A DNA stretch of 64,000 nt from contig JAQUNI010000004.1 of assembly GCA_028717685.1 (NCBI GenBank), positions 8,599 to 72,598 of the forward strand. Reading direction: 5' to 3'. This stretch comes from Patescibacteria group bacterium. GTDB lineage: Bacteria; Patescibacteriota; JAQUNI01. The number at the start of each line of letters is the position of its first letter. Positions within the stretch are counted from its first letter, which is position 1. The position numbers and the translations under genes were made by a program. The notes below the pieces were generated by a model that did no database searches, was not told where the DNA came from, and saw only the letters and a program-made list of their open reading frames with translations. Positions 9,933 through 19,458 of this stretch are shown one piece after another.

Positions 9933-11783
9933 TCAACTCAATGCCGTACCGATAATTTCGTTAATGTCTTTGATCCCTTGTTCCTGCAAGTAATTTTCTA
10001 ATCCTTTAATCACCTCCTCCATCGTCTTTGAATTTGTAAAAGTGGCAGTGCCGATTTCTACTGCTTGGGCGCCAACTATTAAAAACTCTACTGCATCTTG
10101 CCAAGTCATAATCCCGCCGCAGCCGATAAGCGGCACTCCTAGCTTCGCTCGCGCTAATTCATAGATAAACCGCAGGGCGATGGGCTTAATACTTGGTCCA
10201 GATTGACCGCCAAGAATGATTTTGCCATTCACAAATCCTAAAGCGGGTATGGTGTTAATAGCCGAGAGAGCATTGGTCCCTGCTTCTGCGGCGGCTTCGG
10301 CGATTTGGACAATTGAGGCAACCGCGGGAGTGAGTTTCGTAATAAGAGGCAAAGAAGTTGCCTCTCTTACCGCGCTTACTACTTCAAAAGCCGTTCTCGG
10401 GTTTTGACCAAAAGCCATTCCGCCTCTTTCCGTGTTCGGGCACGAAATGTTTATTTCTATTGCGGCGATGCCTTCCACCACATCAAGGATTTTTGCTAGT
10501 TTTTGATACTCTTCCACCGTACTGCCGCAGATATTGACAATAATCGGCGGCTTTAGAGTTCTTAAGAAGGGCATCTTTTCAGCAACGAATTTTTTGACCC
10601 CCGGGTTTTGCAGACCGATACGGTTGATCATACCTTGAGGTATTTCACAGAGCCGAGGTTGATCCGCGCCATCTCTTGGTTCTAAAGTAATTCCTTTTGT
10701 AATTATGGCGCCCAGAGTATTGAGATCCACAAGATCAGTAAATTCTTTGCCGTAGCCAAACGTGCCCGAAGCCGGCATCACTGGATTTTTTAGTTCTATA
10801 TCGCCGATATTCACAGTAAGATTTACCCCGTTAGAGGAAGCCATTGACGAAGTTAGTAGCTTAAAGGCGCTGTTAATGGGGTCGGCGCATACCGTTAGAG
10901 AATTTTGTTCTGTAACGGGGTTGACATTTTTTTCTTTTTCAGTAGGACTAGTTGCGGGGCTAGTTATTGTAGTGTCCAGGATTTTTCGTTGAGGGTCATA
11001 TTTATCCCAGACCACCTTTGCGGCATCAAATACCGGACCCTTTTCACAAACCCTTTGGTTGCCAGAAGTTGTGGGAATTGCGCAGCCCAAGCACGCGCCT
11101 ACGCCGCAAACTATTATCGTCTCTAAACTTACTTCGCAAGGGATTTGATGCTCTTTTGCGATTTCGGCTACTACTTTTAGCATTGGGCGAGGTCCTACTG
11201 CATAGATCATTCTCATATCAGCTGGTAATTGTTTTGCGGAAAGAGTGTTTTCTAGAAGTTCTGTGACTGTTCCTCTATATCCCAGTGACCCATCTTCCGT
11301 GGTCATCCTGACCTTCATTATTTCGTATTCCACAGGCGGGCAGATAATTGAGGATTCATTTTTTGCCCCTATCAAAAATAGAGGTTTGGTATGTCCGAGA
11401 GAACAGAGAGATCTAGCCCAAAAAATTAAAGGCGCGATGCCCATTCCTCCGGCGACAAGGATAGGGTTCTTAATTTCAGGATTGATGGTAAAGCCATTGC
11501 CTCCTAGTGGTCCTCGGAGATCTACCGTGTCTCCTGCTTGTGCTTGCGCTAGCCACTCTGTACCCGGTCCGACTGTTTTATAAAATAAGGAAATAAAACA
11601 CCCTTCTTCCGCACCGGCAATGCTAAATGGTCGCCAAAACAATACTCCTCCCCCACATTTTACAGTGATAAATTGCCCTGGTTTTGCCTCTTTCGCAACT
11701 TCTGGACACTCAAGATTCATTTGGTAAATTAGAGGACCTATTTTTTGGTTCTTTAAGACAGTTGCCTTAATCTCGTAAATCAT
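9933..11783 (-). CDS. pyrK-pyrD: fused dihydroorotate dehydrogenase electron-transfer subunit / class 1B catalytic subunit
   Basis: RPFSI, AGGMGIAP, CGVGACLGC..VCEKGPVF (PyrK); KNPVMPASG, NISCPN, KLTP, INT, GGQSG (PyrD). Confidence 0.92.
   Translation of the reverse strand: MIYEIKATVLKNQKIGPLIYQMNLECPEVAKEAKPGQFITVKCGGGVLFWRPFSIAGAEEGCFISLFYKTVGPGTEWLAQAQAGDTVDLRGPLGGNGFTINPEIKNPILVAGGMGIAPLIFWARSLCSLGHTKPLFLIGAKNESSIICPPVEYEIMKVRMTTEDGSLGYRGTVTELLENTLSAKQLPADMRMIYAVGPRPMLKVVAEIAKEHQIPCEVSLETIIVCGVGACLGCAIPTTSGNQRVCEKGPVFDAAKVVWDKYDPQRKILDTTITSPATSPTEKEKNVNPVTEQNSLTVCADPINSAFKLLTSSMASSNGVNLTVNIGDIELKNPVMPASGTFGYGKEFTDLVDLNTLGAIITKGITLEPRDGADQPRLCEIPQGMINRIGLQNPGVKKFVAEKMPFLRTLKPPIIVNICGSTVEEYQKLAKILDVVEGIAAIEINISCPNTERGGMAFGQNPRTAFEVVSAVREATSLPLITKLTPAVASIVQIAEAAAEAGTNALSAINTIPALGFVNGKIILGGQSGPSIKPIALRFIYELARAKLGVPLIGCGGIMTWQDAVEFLIVGAQAVEIGTATFTNSKTMEEVIKGLENYLQEQGIKDINEIIGTALS
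10825..10921. repeat. ACCCCGTTAGA...TAACGGGGT palindromic element within the PyrK-PyrD linker
   Basis: terminal inverted repeats; same family as the intergenic copy at 31529-31559. Confidence 0.75.
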
Positions 11784-11887
11784 TTATTCTCACCGCCTTG
11801 AACATCAATGTTTTTTTAAATGAGCCATCTAAAAAAGTCTAAAGAGACCTCCTCTTTAGACTTTGTAAAAAATGTCAATAAGTGTGA

Positions 11888-12475
11888 TCATTTGTGTTTT
11901 AATTCCGCGTTTTCTATTTTTACAAGAGAAAATTTTCCTGCCCGTTTTTCTAATTCTAATATAGCACAATCTCCAAGATGCGCCAATTCACCTGTTTTGA
12001 TAATTTCTCGCAGAACGCAACGGATAGGGCCGCCGTGAGTGATAATAGCAATGGTATTATAATTCATCGTTGCAATTTTTTGCCAAGTTCTGATCACTCT
12101 TTCTTTAAAGCGGGCATAGGTCTCGGCACCTTTGATGGCGTTGCGATAATCTTTTAGAAGCTCTATTTCTTTAGGGTACTTTTGAATTGCTTCTCCCTTG
12201 TTCATTCCCGTTAAAAAACCATAGTTATTTCTTTCGCGGAGGTCCTTAATAGTTTTTATTGGAATTCCTAAAGTATTTTTTAGAATCTTGGCGGTTTCGC
12301 TAGCGCGCAAGTAAGGGCTTCTGAAAATGATTTCAATTTTTTTGTCTGTAAGTTTTTTAGCCAATGCTTCGGCTTGCTCTTTACCCCTTTCTGTCAGATG
12401 ATCGTCATAATCGCCCCCAAAAAGATTTTTAACATCAGATTCACTCTCACCATGACGGATTAAATAAATTCGCAT
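11888..12475 (-). CDS. histidine phosphatase (phosphoglycerate mutase family)
   Basis: LIRHGE, SPYLRA.ETA, LRE, THGG. Confidence 0.9.
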   Translation of the reverse strand: MRIYLIRHGESESDVKNLFGGDYDDHLTERGKEQAEALAKKLTDKKIEIIFRSPYLRASETAKILKNTLGIPIKTIKDLRERNNYGFLTGMNKGEAIQKYPKEIELLKDYRNAIKGAETYARFKERVIRTWQKIATMNYNTIAIITHGGPIRCVLREIIKTGELAHLGDCAILELEKRAGKFSLVKIENAELKHK

Positions 12476-12550
12476 AGTTTATTGTGAATTACGAAATTTT
12501 CATAGAATCATAAAACATTCCTCACCTTGACCTGCGGAAGGGTTTAATAA

Positions 12551-12644
12551 ATGACTATTCTCCCACCCCCTCCATCTCCCCCTCGGGCAGGGGGAGAGCC
12601 GCTCCCACCCCTCCTTTCTCCCCTTCTGGCGGGGGAAGTGAGTT
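12551..12644. repeat. REP-like family A (CTCCCACCCCCTCCATCTCCCCCTCGGGCAGGGGGAG), doublet
   Basis: near-identical copies at 26702, 33251, 42872, 45666, 46971. Confidence 0.85.
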
Positions 12645-12702
12645 GCGTAATTTAAGAACAGTTAATATTTTTTAATGAATTTTAGTGTTTCTTCTATAGT
12701 TA

Positions 12703-13506
12703 TTATAATTCAATAGTGAAATTTTTGAGTTTTAAACAGACATCTTCTTCTGAAAAGGTTGTTTGGCAAGGGGTGATGGAGATATATCCTTTTCTAATCG
12801 CGTTGCCGTCAAATTCCACACTTTTTTCTTTGCTCGCGACCGTGACTGCTGAAGGATGGATATAATAATGCTCTTTGTGATTAATATTGACAGAGCAAGA
12901 ATAAAAATCGGTTACCGAAGGCAAGGGTTTGGTAAATTTTACTTCGTTACTTTTTAAGAGCGGCAGATTGATATTCAATAATTCATAGCCCCAGAAATTA
13001 TTTTTCAAAACCAAATCAATAATCTTTTTTACTTTTTGTCCTGGGTACTCGAGATAGGATTCAAGATCCATTTTAAGATCGCCATTTTCATACCAACGTT
13101 CGGGCGGACAGTTCCAGCTTACTGCCAGCCCCTTTTTCGCTATTGGCAAATTTAGGGCGCGGAAGGCGGCGGCATAAGTGCCGGAGGACATTATGGCTCC
13201 GGTCACATTGGCTCCTAAATTAATCCCTGAAATCACTAAATCAAATATTTCTTTAAAATAATTCCAGGCAAATTCCACCGCGTCGCAAGGAGTGCCGTCA
13301 ACCCAAATCGCTTTTATACCATTGACCGTAGTTTCGCCCCATCGCACTTTTTGATCAAAGGTTAGCTTGCCTCCTACGCCGCTTTGCTGTTTTTTGGTGC
13401 CTGCTATCGTGAGTTTATATTGGTCTTTTAGAAAATGAACCAGAAGTTTCGTACCGATGGAATTATACCCGTCATCGCCGGTAATCAAGATGTTTTTAAT
13501 TTTCAT
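12703..13506 (-). CDS. surE: 5'/3'-nucleotidase SurE
   Basis: ILITGDDG, QSGVG, GTPCD, SGINLGAN, SSGT; start at MKIK because the upstream extension is repeat-derived. Confidence 0.88.
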   Translation of the reverse strand: MKIKNILITGDDGYNSIGTKLLVHFLKDQYKLTIAGTKKQQSGVGGKLTFDQKVRWGETTVNGIKAIWVDGTPCDAVEFAWNYFKEIFDLVISGINLGANVTGAIMSSGTYAAAFRALNLPIAKKGLAVSWNCPPERWYENGDLKMDLESYLEYPGQKVKKIIDLVLKNNFWGYELLNINLPLLKSNEVKFTKPLPSVTDFYSCSVNINHKEHYYIHPSAVTVASKEKSVEFDGNAIRKGYISITPCQTTFSEEDVCLKLKNFTIEL

Positions 13507-13509
13507 ATT

Positions 13510-13640
13510 GTCATTGCGAGGAGAGCCTTTAGCCAGATCCCTCGCTTCCGCTCGGGACAGGCTTCGCAATCTCATCGAGCTATATTATACAGATTTATGA
13601 GATTGTTTCGGTCGGCATTAGATGCCTCCTTCGTTAATAG
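13510..13640. repeat. GTCATTGCGAG...GCAATCTC / GAGATTG... REP-like dimer with a nested module
   Basis: inverted CAATCTCAT/ATGAGATTG arms. Confidence 0.65.
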
Positions 13641-13657
13641 GCGATACATTTCATAAC

Positions 13658-14089
13658 TTAAGGTTTAATAAGACTAAGGAATGATTTCGTGGTAGGTAGA
13701 AAATCAAAATTGGCAATTTCGGATTTTTTAATCCATTTCAAGTCATGGATTTTAGGATCATTAAGGTGTAGTTTGCCATTTACGAAATGGCAGTGGTAGG
13801 CGTGAAGCGTAATGTGCAAAATATAATCCTGATGTTCCCAAATGGCAGAGATGGGTTTTTTTAACTTTTTTAAAATTTTCACATTAAGCCCTGTCTCCTC
13901 CGCGATTTCCCGCAAAAGCGCCTGCCTTGATGTTTCGCCTGTTTCTATCTTGCCGCCGGGCACATCCCACTTTAGATGGGCTTTGGGCACTTCGGGATTA
14001 AACCGTTGGCTAATTAAAATCTCCCCTCTTTCATTTTCAATAATCCCAATCACACCGGTTATTTTCACGATTTGTTTTGAGGTTTTCAT
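13658..14089 (-). CDS. NUDIX hydrolase (MutT-like)
   Basis: WDVPGGKIETGE...REIAEETGL. Confidence 0.9.
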   Translation of the reverse strand: MKTSKQIVKITGVIGIIENERGEILISQRFNPEVPKAHLKWDVPGGKIETGETSRQALLREIAEETGLNVKILKKLKKPISAIWEHQDYILHITLHAYHCHFVNGKLHLNDPKIHDLKWIKKSEIANFDFLPTTKSFLSLIKP

Positions 14090-14140
14090 ATGATTACTTC
14101 TTTGATTTGAGAAAAGTTTAGAGACACTTTCGGAGCAGAA

Positions 14141-14680
14141 TCAATTTAAGCCATTTAATTTTTGAATAATTTTCCCTATCTTTTTATTTGCTTCCGCGCT
14201 ATTTTTAACTTCATTATTTTTTAAGGCTTGGAAATAGTATGCTTTTTCCGTTTTTATTTTATGCGCGGAGGCGAAATATTGCAGAGCTTCCCCTGCTACT
14301 CTTTGTGAATTTTTAATCTTACCGCCGCCCACAACAATAGAGAATATTCTTTTTCCTGCCAGCACGTCAGTTTCATAAAAAGGATTAGTGCGGTCTATAA
14401 AATTTTTTAAGAGTCCAGGGACATTGTCAAAATAATTCGGCGTCCCAATCACATAAATATCTGCCCAAGTCATTAGTTTATAAAGTGTATCCATATCATC
14501 GTGAAGCGCGCATTGATTGCTCTTGTCGCAGGCGAGACAACCTTTGCAATGGGTGATTTTTTGAATCCTTAATAAAATCAATCTTTTGCTTTTAGTTTTA
14601 AGACCTTGAAAAATTTTTTTCAAAATAAATTCTGTATTGCCGTACCGCGGACTGCCAGAGATTAAGAGAAATTTAGGCAT
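14141..14680 (-). CDS. flavodoxin family / iron-sulfur flavoprotein
   Basis: SGSPR.GNT, CKGCLAC....C, DDM, GTPNYF, FIDR. Confidence 0.88.
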   Translation of the reverse strand: MPKFLLISGSPRYGNTEFILKKIFQGLKTKSKRLILLRIQKITHCKGCLACDKSNQCALHDDMDTLYKLMTWADIYVIGTPNYFDNVPGLLKNFIDRTNPFYETDVLAGKRIFSIVVGGGKIKNSQRVAGEALQYFASAHKIKTEKAYYFQALKNNEVKNSAEANKKIGKIIQKLNGLN

Positions 14681-14750
14681 AGGGTTGTTAATTAACACTA
14701 GAAATCGAAAGTAATTATAGATTATCTTTCTTTTATCTAAAGGTCAACCT

Positions 14751-15431
14751 TTAAAGCCGACATTTTAGAATCGTCCATAAACCCTTTAGACCATCCTGGA
14801 AACGAATTTTTTTGCCTTGGGCAAAGGTGCGCGGATAGTAATGAATAGGTATCTCTTTAATTTTGATTCCCCTTTTTAATATTTTTGCCGTGATTTCCGC
14901 TTCTATCTCAAAACCATTTGTTCGCAGATTTAGGGAGCGCGCTAAAGTAAGGGGCAGCAGCTTATAACACGTGTAGATATCCGTTAACTTTGCGCGAAAA
15001 AGAAGATTGGTAATGCCAGTTAGAATTTGCACTCCTAAAGAGCAGCACAGATAGCCTTCTTGTTTTGGTTTTAAATTGCGAGAGCCATAAACTACAGGCG
15101 TGTCTTTATTCCGAGATCGCAATAGCACTTTATAATCTTCAGGGTCATATTCTAAATCCGCATCTTGAATAAGAATGAGACTGCCCTCCGCTTTATTCAA
15201 CGCGGTTCTGATTGCCCTTCCTTTGCCTAGATTCTTGGAATGATGGATTAAGCGCAAAGGCAATTGATTTTTGAGTGTTTTTAATATTGTTAATGTGCGG
15301 TCAGAAGAGCCATCATCAATAATAATAATTTCTTTTTCATAATTTAAAGAAGATGCTTGCTGGACCTTTTCTAAAATTTTAGCAATCGTATTTTCTTCAT
15401 TAAAAACAGGAATGATAATAGAGAGTTTCAT
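14751..15431 (-). CDS. GT2 polyprenol-phosphate glycosyltransferase
   Basis: LSIIIPVFNEE, DDGSSD, QDADLEYDP, GFEIEAEIT. Confidence 0.92.
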   Translation of the reverse strand: MKLSIIIPVFNEENTIAKILEKVQQASSLNYEKEIIIIDDGSSDRTLTILKTLKNQLPLRLIHHSKNLGKGRAIRTALNKAEGSLILIQDADLEYDPEDYKVLLRSRNKDTPVVYGSRNLKPKQEGYLCCSLGVQILTGITNLLFRAKLTDIYTCYKLLPLTLARSLNLRTNGFEIEAEITAKILKRGIKIKEIPIHYYPRTFAQGKKIRFQDGLKGLWTILKCRL

Positions 15432-15498
15432 ATGAAATTTATCTGTCTTTCGCGAGAAGGCGTTGCTTATGAGCCTTGGGTAGCGTCCATAAATTTTT

Positions 15499-17142
15499 TT
15501 ATTTAGCCTCAAAAATCAAAATCACATCCAGCCAAGAAGGCGCGCGCGGCGGCGCAGGCTCCTCAATTTCCATTAGACGAAAGTTAGCTTGTAATTTTTG
15601 GCGCAAGATTTCATTCAGGGGATTATCTGTTTTATAGAGTACCCAAATCTTGCGACCGGACACACTTTGCGTTTTTAGCTGCTGGACTAAATCTTCCGCC
15701 TCTTGCGCATATTTGTTTTCTTTCTTGAGCATATCCTTCAGATTTTTCCAACCAGTATGAATGCCCATCTCCGCGGGATAGTAAAACAAACTGAATTTTT
15801 TTTTGCCTTGATTCTCGCGGCTGAAATAATAATCAAAAGTGGCACCGGACAGGTCTGTGGCAATAACCATATCCTGATCACGTAAGCGGTTGAGTAAAGA
15901 GAGGCTTATGGTTTTGTCCGTGCTTTGATATTGGCGAATAAGATCTTGTTCTGCTACCACTTTTTTGGCAGCAAAGATTACAAGAGTAATGGTTAAAATC
16001 GCAAGCAGGAAACGGCTTCTGATTTGGGCAAAGAAATAAGCTAAGAGTAAAAGAAAGGCAGGCAAGACAATTATTTCATAGCGTCCCGCCACATAAATAG
16101 GTTTAAACTTTGAAACAGCGAAGGCCGCGATTAAGGGAAAAATAAAATATAGGACGAGACTGGTCCATACTACGGTTTTTAGCTGATGGTCGCGAGTAAG
16201 ATGCTTCTCGTCTAACTTCGGGCAGGATATTTGGAGTTCCCGCAGAAAAAATATATAAAAACCTGCAATAATCGCAAAAATAAGGTAAGGCCAAAAAACA
16301 CCGAAGGTGAAATATTTAAAACTTTGCCCTAAAATTTCAATTTTTACTTTACTTATCCAGGCATTTACTCCCATTTGGCTTTGATGGATGATGATTAGAA
16401 TATTCGGCACAATTAATAACAGGATCAGGCATATTGTTCCCAAGATTTTTTTAAAAGGCAAAGGATATTTTTTGAGACGAAAAATAAAAAGGCTTAAAAT
16501 TTGACTAGCCAGAATTAAAAAAATCCAAGGATGGGTATAGATGCCGGCAAGCGTGGAAAGAAGATAAAAAATGTAAGCGGAAATTTTATCCCTGCTCGCC
16601 GCCCTATGAGCTCGTGGAGCTTCACTTTCGCGCGTGATTTTCCAAAAAAAGTAAAAAGAGGCAAGGCCTAAAAAAGCAGCGAGAGTGTAGGGTCGAGTTT
16701 GGGCGCCAAACCAGAGCAGGAAATAGCTGGTGCTAGCGAGGATACTGGCCAGCAGGCCTGCTTTTGGACTTTGAAAAATTTCCTTGGCGACTTTAAAAAT
16801 GAACCCGATTAAAACCAAAGCCATACAGGCGGAGAAGCCGCGCAAAGCCGTCTCACTATTTCCCCAGATCAAACTCCAAATTTTCATTATATAGATGTAA
16901 AAAAGAGGGTGGCCATCCATAACTGCTCGGCTGTAAATTTGAGGAAAAGGCAGCGCGATAATTTTGGCTACCGCCGCTTCATCCAGCCAGAGAGCCCTTG
17001 CGCCGAGGTGGTCAAAAATAAAAAGCGCAGCCAGGACAAGGCAGGCGAGCAAGCCTAAAAGAGGCTTATTTTTTATTATTCTCAATTTTAAATCTTTCAC
17101 GCGGGAGGACAAATTGTTCAATAACTTTTTGATTTTGGGCAT
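15499..17142 (-). CDS. GT-C (ArnT/PMT-like, GT39) membrane glycosyltransferase
   Basis: LWLDE, DGHPLFY, GNSETALR, RPY; multi-TM. Confidence 0.85.
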   Translation of the reverse strand: MPKIKKLLNNLSSRVKDLKLRIIKNKPLLGLLACLVLAALFIFDHLGARALWLDEAAVAKIIALPFPQIYSRAVMDGHPLFYIYIMKIWSLIWGNSETALRGFSACMALVLIGFIFKVAKEIFQSPKAGLLASILASTSYFLLWFGAQTRPYTLAAFLGLASFYFFWKITRESEAPRAHRAASRDKISAYIFYLLSTLAGIYTHPWIFLILASQILSLFIFRLKKYPLPFKKILGTICLILLLIVPNILIIIHQSQMGVNAWISKVKIEILGQSFKYFTFGVFWPYLIFAIIAGFYIFFLRELQISCPKLDEKHLTRDHQLKTVVWTSLVLYFIFPLIAAFAVSKFKPIYVAGRYEIIVLPAFLLLLAYFFAQIRSRFLLAILTITLVIFAAKKVVAEQDLIRQYQSTDKTISLSLLNRLRDQDMVIATDLSGATFDYYFSRENQGKKKFSLFYYPAEMGIHTGWKNLKDMLKKENKYAQEAEDLVQQLKTQSVSGRKIWVLYKTDNPLNEILRQKLQANFRLMEIEEPAPPRAPSWLDVILIFEAK

Positions 17143-18730
17143 TGCGTTTTAAGAAAATAAGGGTGTAATCATCAACAAAGACTGGCGCCCAAGCAGGATC
17201 TTCAACGCGCTCGACTAAAAATTTTTGCGTCCAAGGAGTGAGGTCGTGATAAGCAAATACGATCGCGTTAAAGTTGTATTTTTGTTCTTGCGCTTGCCAG
17301 ATTTCTTCTTTTTCCTGCATAGGAATATAGACTTCTTTGAAGAAAGAAGCGGGATAAGCCTCTGGTCGGTTATCAACGAAGATACGTTCCCGCGGATAAA
17401 GGTGAAAGATTAAATAACTTCCAATATCGTAATTATTAAAAATAGGTCCTTTAATTTTTTCCTTTTGCAGAAATTCCGCCGCCGCGCTATTTCCTGGGGA
17501 AAGTCCTAAACGGACATTATAATTTATTTGGCATTTGGGGTCGGATAGAAAGAAAATCAAAATAAAAATAGCAGTGAGAACATATGCGATTTTAAAGGAC
17601 CAAGAATGAAATGAAATCCGAGAGGCAAGAATATTCTTTAAGTTAATCGCCAAGATAGGTAAAGTAAAAAGCCCAGAAAGCGTAAAATTGCGCAAAGCCC
17701 ACCAGCCCATAAAACTAAAAATCGCGGCAAGGCAGAAAAGGGGCAATGAAAATTTACCCTCCTTCGCCGAAAGCCACGGCTGTAAGCCCGTGGATATAGG
17801 CGAAGAGGGTACCCTTCCGTAGCTCCGAAGGAGCGAAGGAGGGTAGGCTTCGGAAGGGTTTCGTCGCTGAAAGATTAGTAAGAGAGCAAAGCTTAAAATA
17901 AGCAAGCCGAAGATGATTTCAAAGAGCAGGAGATTAGGATCTTGCAATCCGTATTTTTCTAAAAAAATCACGGATTTATTTTCTAAAATCTCATAGCCAT
18001 AATTTTGAAAAATTTTGAACGGATAGATCGCCCCTTTAGCAAAAAATGGGTTAATAAGGCTTGCAAGGCAAACCAAAATTAAGATGAGACCGATTTTTTT
18101 GATTTTTTGGGGGGAGAAAAAAACAAGCCTTTCTAATAAAAAAACAGCGATTAAAACCGGTCCTAGGAAAAAATAAATATGGGTGTTGACCCAAAGGATT
18201 TGGATGATCGGCAGGAGAAAAAGCCATTTAAAGGGAAGCCGACCATTTCGGTATTCCCAAAGCAGCCAAAAAAACAAACTTGCGAAAAGATAGGTGAAGA
18301 TTTCCGGCCGCGCTTCGCCGCGCTCCGCAATGAGGGGAAGGACTAAAAAAGAAACGATGCTCGCAAGTCCTAATCCCGCCTCTTTTTTAGTTAGAATGAA
18401 AAAGAGCGTGAAAACGATAAAGCTGGCAACAACATAGAAAAGATGTAGGCCAGTAAAACCCGTAAATTGCAAAACAAGGTAAAAGATTACCGCGCTGCCC
18501 CAATGGTGGTTTACAAAGGGGAAATCAGGATAAGTGTAAGAATAATAATTTTCAAAAAGATGTTGAAAATTGCCTTGCAGGATAAGCTCGCCATTTTTCA
18601 GGTGCCGCCCTAAGTCTGCCGTGGTTAAATCAATGGGGCGAATTAAAAAAAGAGAGTACCAAGTAAGCAAAAGAAATAAGACAAAAATAAATTTCTTTTT
18701 TTGAATAAAGAAATCTGTAATTTTGGGCAT
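17066..18730 (-). CDS. GT-C-fold polytopic membrane protein with an in-frame repeat insertion
   Basis: DLGRHLKNGE, NHHW, RPE, LWVNTH, INP, IFNNYDIG.YL, FVDNR. Confidence 0.8.
   Translation of the reverse strand: MPKITDFFIQKKKFIFVLFLLLTWYSLFLIRPIDLTTADLGRHLKNGELILQGNFQHLFENYYSYTYPDFPFVNHHWGSAVIFYLVLQFTGFTGLHLFYVVASFIVFTLFFILTKKEAGLGLASIVSFLVLPLIAERGEARPEIFTYLFASLFFWLLWEYRNGRLPFKWLFLLPIIQILWVNTHIYFFLGPVLIAVFLLERLVFFSPQKIKKIGLILILVCLASLINPFFAKGAIYPFKIFQNYGYEILENKSVIFLEKYGLQDPNLLLFEIIFGLLILSFALLLIFQRRNPSEAYPPSLLRSYGRVPSSPISTGLQPWLSAKEGKFSLPLFCLAAIFSFMGWWALRNFTLSGLFTLPILAINLKNILASRISFHSWSFKIAYVLTAIFILIFFLSDPKCQINYNVRLGLSPGNSAAAEFLQKEKIKGPIFNNYDIGSYLIFHLYPRERIFVDNRPEAYPASFFKEVYIPMQEKEEIWQAQEQKYNFNAIVFAYHDLTPWTQKFLVERVEDPAWAPVFVDDYTLIFLKRNAQNQKVIEQFVLPRERFKIENNKK
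17756..17859. repeat. nested palindromic element inside the CDS
   Basis: ACCCTCCTTCGCC...GGCTTCGGAAGGGT enclosing an inverted second copy (17811-17844). Confidence 0.8.
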
Positions 18731-18741
18731 TGTTTTTGGAC

Positions 18742-19454
18742 TTATATCTCTATCCCTATTGGGCAATGATCCGAACCCATTACTTTAGGAAGGATGAAAG
18801 CTTTTTTTAAATGCGGAGCAAGCGGCTTAGAGATGAAGGCGTAATCAATCCGCCAGCCTAGGTTGCGAGAACGGGCGTTATAAAAATAGGGCCACCAAGT
18901 ATAATGGCCGCCTTTCTCGCGATGAAGTTTACGGAAAGTGTCTGTAAAACCTAGAGCGATGATTTTATCTATCTGTTTTCGCTCCAGGCTCGTGAACATA
19001 GTATTATTTTGGTTGTCTTTAGGTCGGGCAAGGTCAATTTCTTGATGCGCGATATTAAAATCGCCAATCAAGACCACCTTTTTATCCTTTAGTCGTTTTA
19101 GACGCCGCAAAAGGCATTGATAGACCTGAAGCTTGTAATCCAAATTTTCTTTTTGTCTTCCGCCGTGGGGGAGATATAGATTAATCAAAACAAACCCCGG
19201 ATAATGCAATTCAAGTATTCTCCCCTCCTCATCGAATTTTTTTAATCCCATCTTTGTATTTATCTTGTTCGGCTTTTGTTTGGTATAAACAAGAGTACCG
19301 GCATAGCCTTTGCGGCGCGCGGGATTGACATAGACGAGGTAATCGGCGGGGGTAAACAAATCCGGGGGGATTTGATCTTTTTGGGCTTTAATTTCCTGCA
19401 AGCAAACAATATCCGCTCGGCTTCGGGTTAGCCACCCCAAGAAATAATTTTCAT
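18742..19454 (-). pseudogene. xth: exodeoxyribonuclease III with an N-terminal deletion/frameshift
   Basis: LQEIK, EGR, GDFN, GWRIDY, SDHCP present; ATG at 19454 reads MKIISW-GG-stop, so the NVNG motif is absent. Confidence 0.75.
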
Positions 19455-19458
19455 AAAA

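Noticed and set aside
11831-11864. PyrR-type attenuator before the pyr operon
   Set aside because: Only a single hairpin with a T run, explained as the terminator of the upstream phosphatase gene; no PyrR-binding loop seen.
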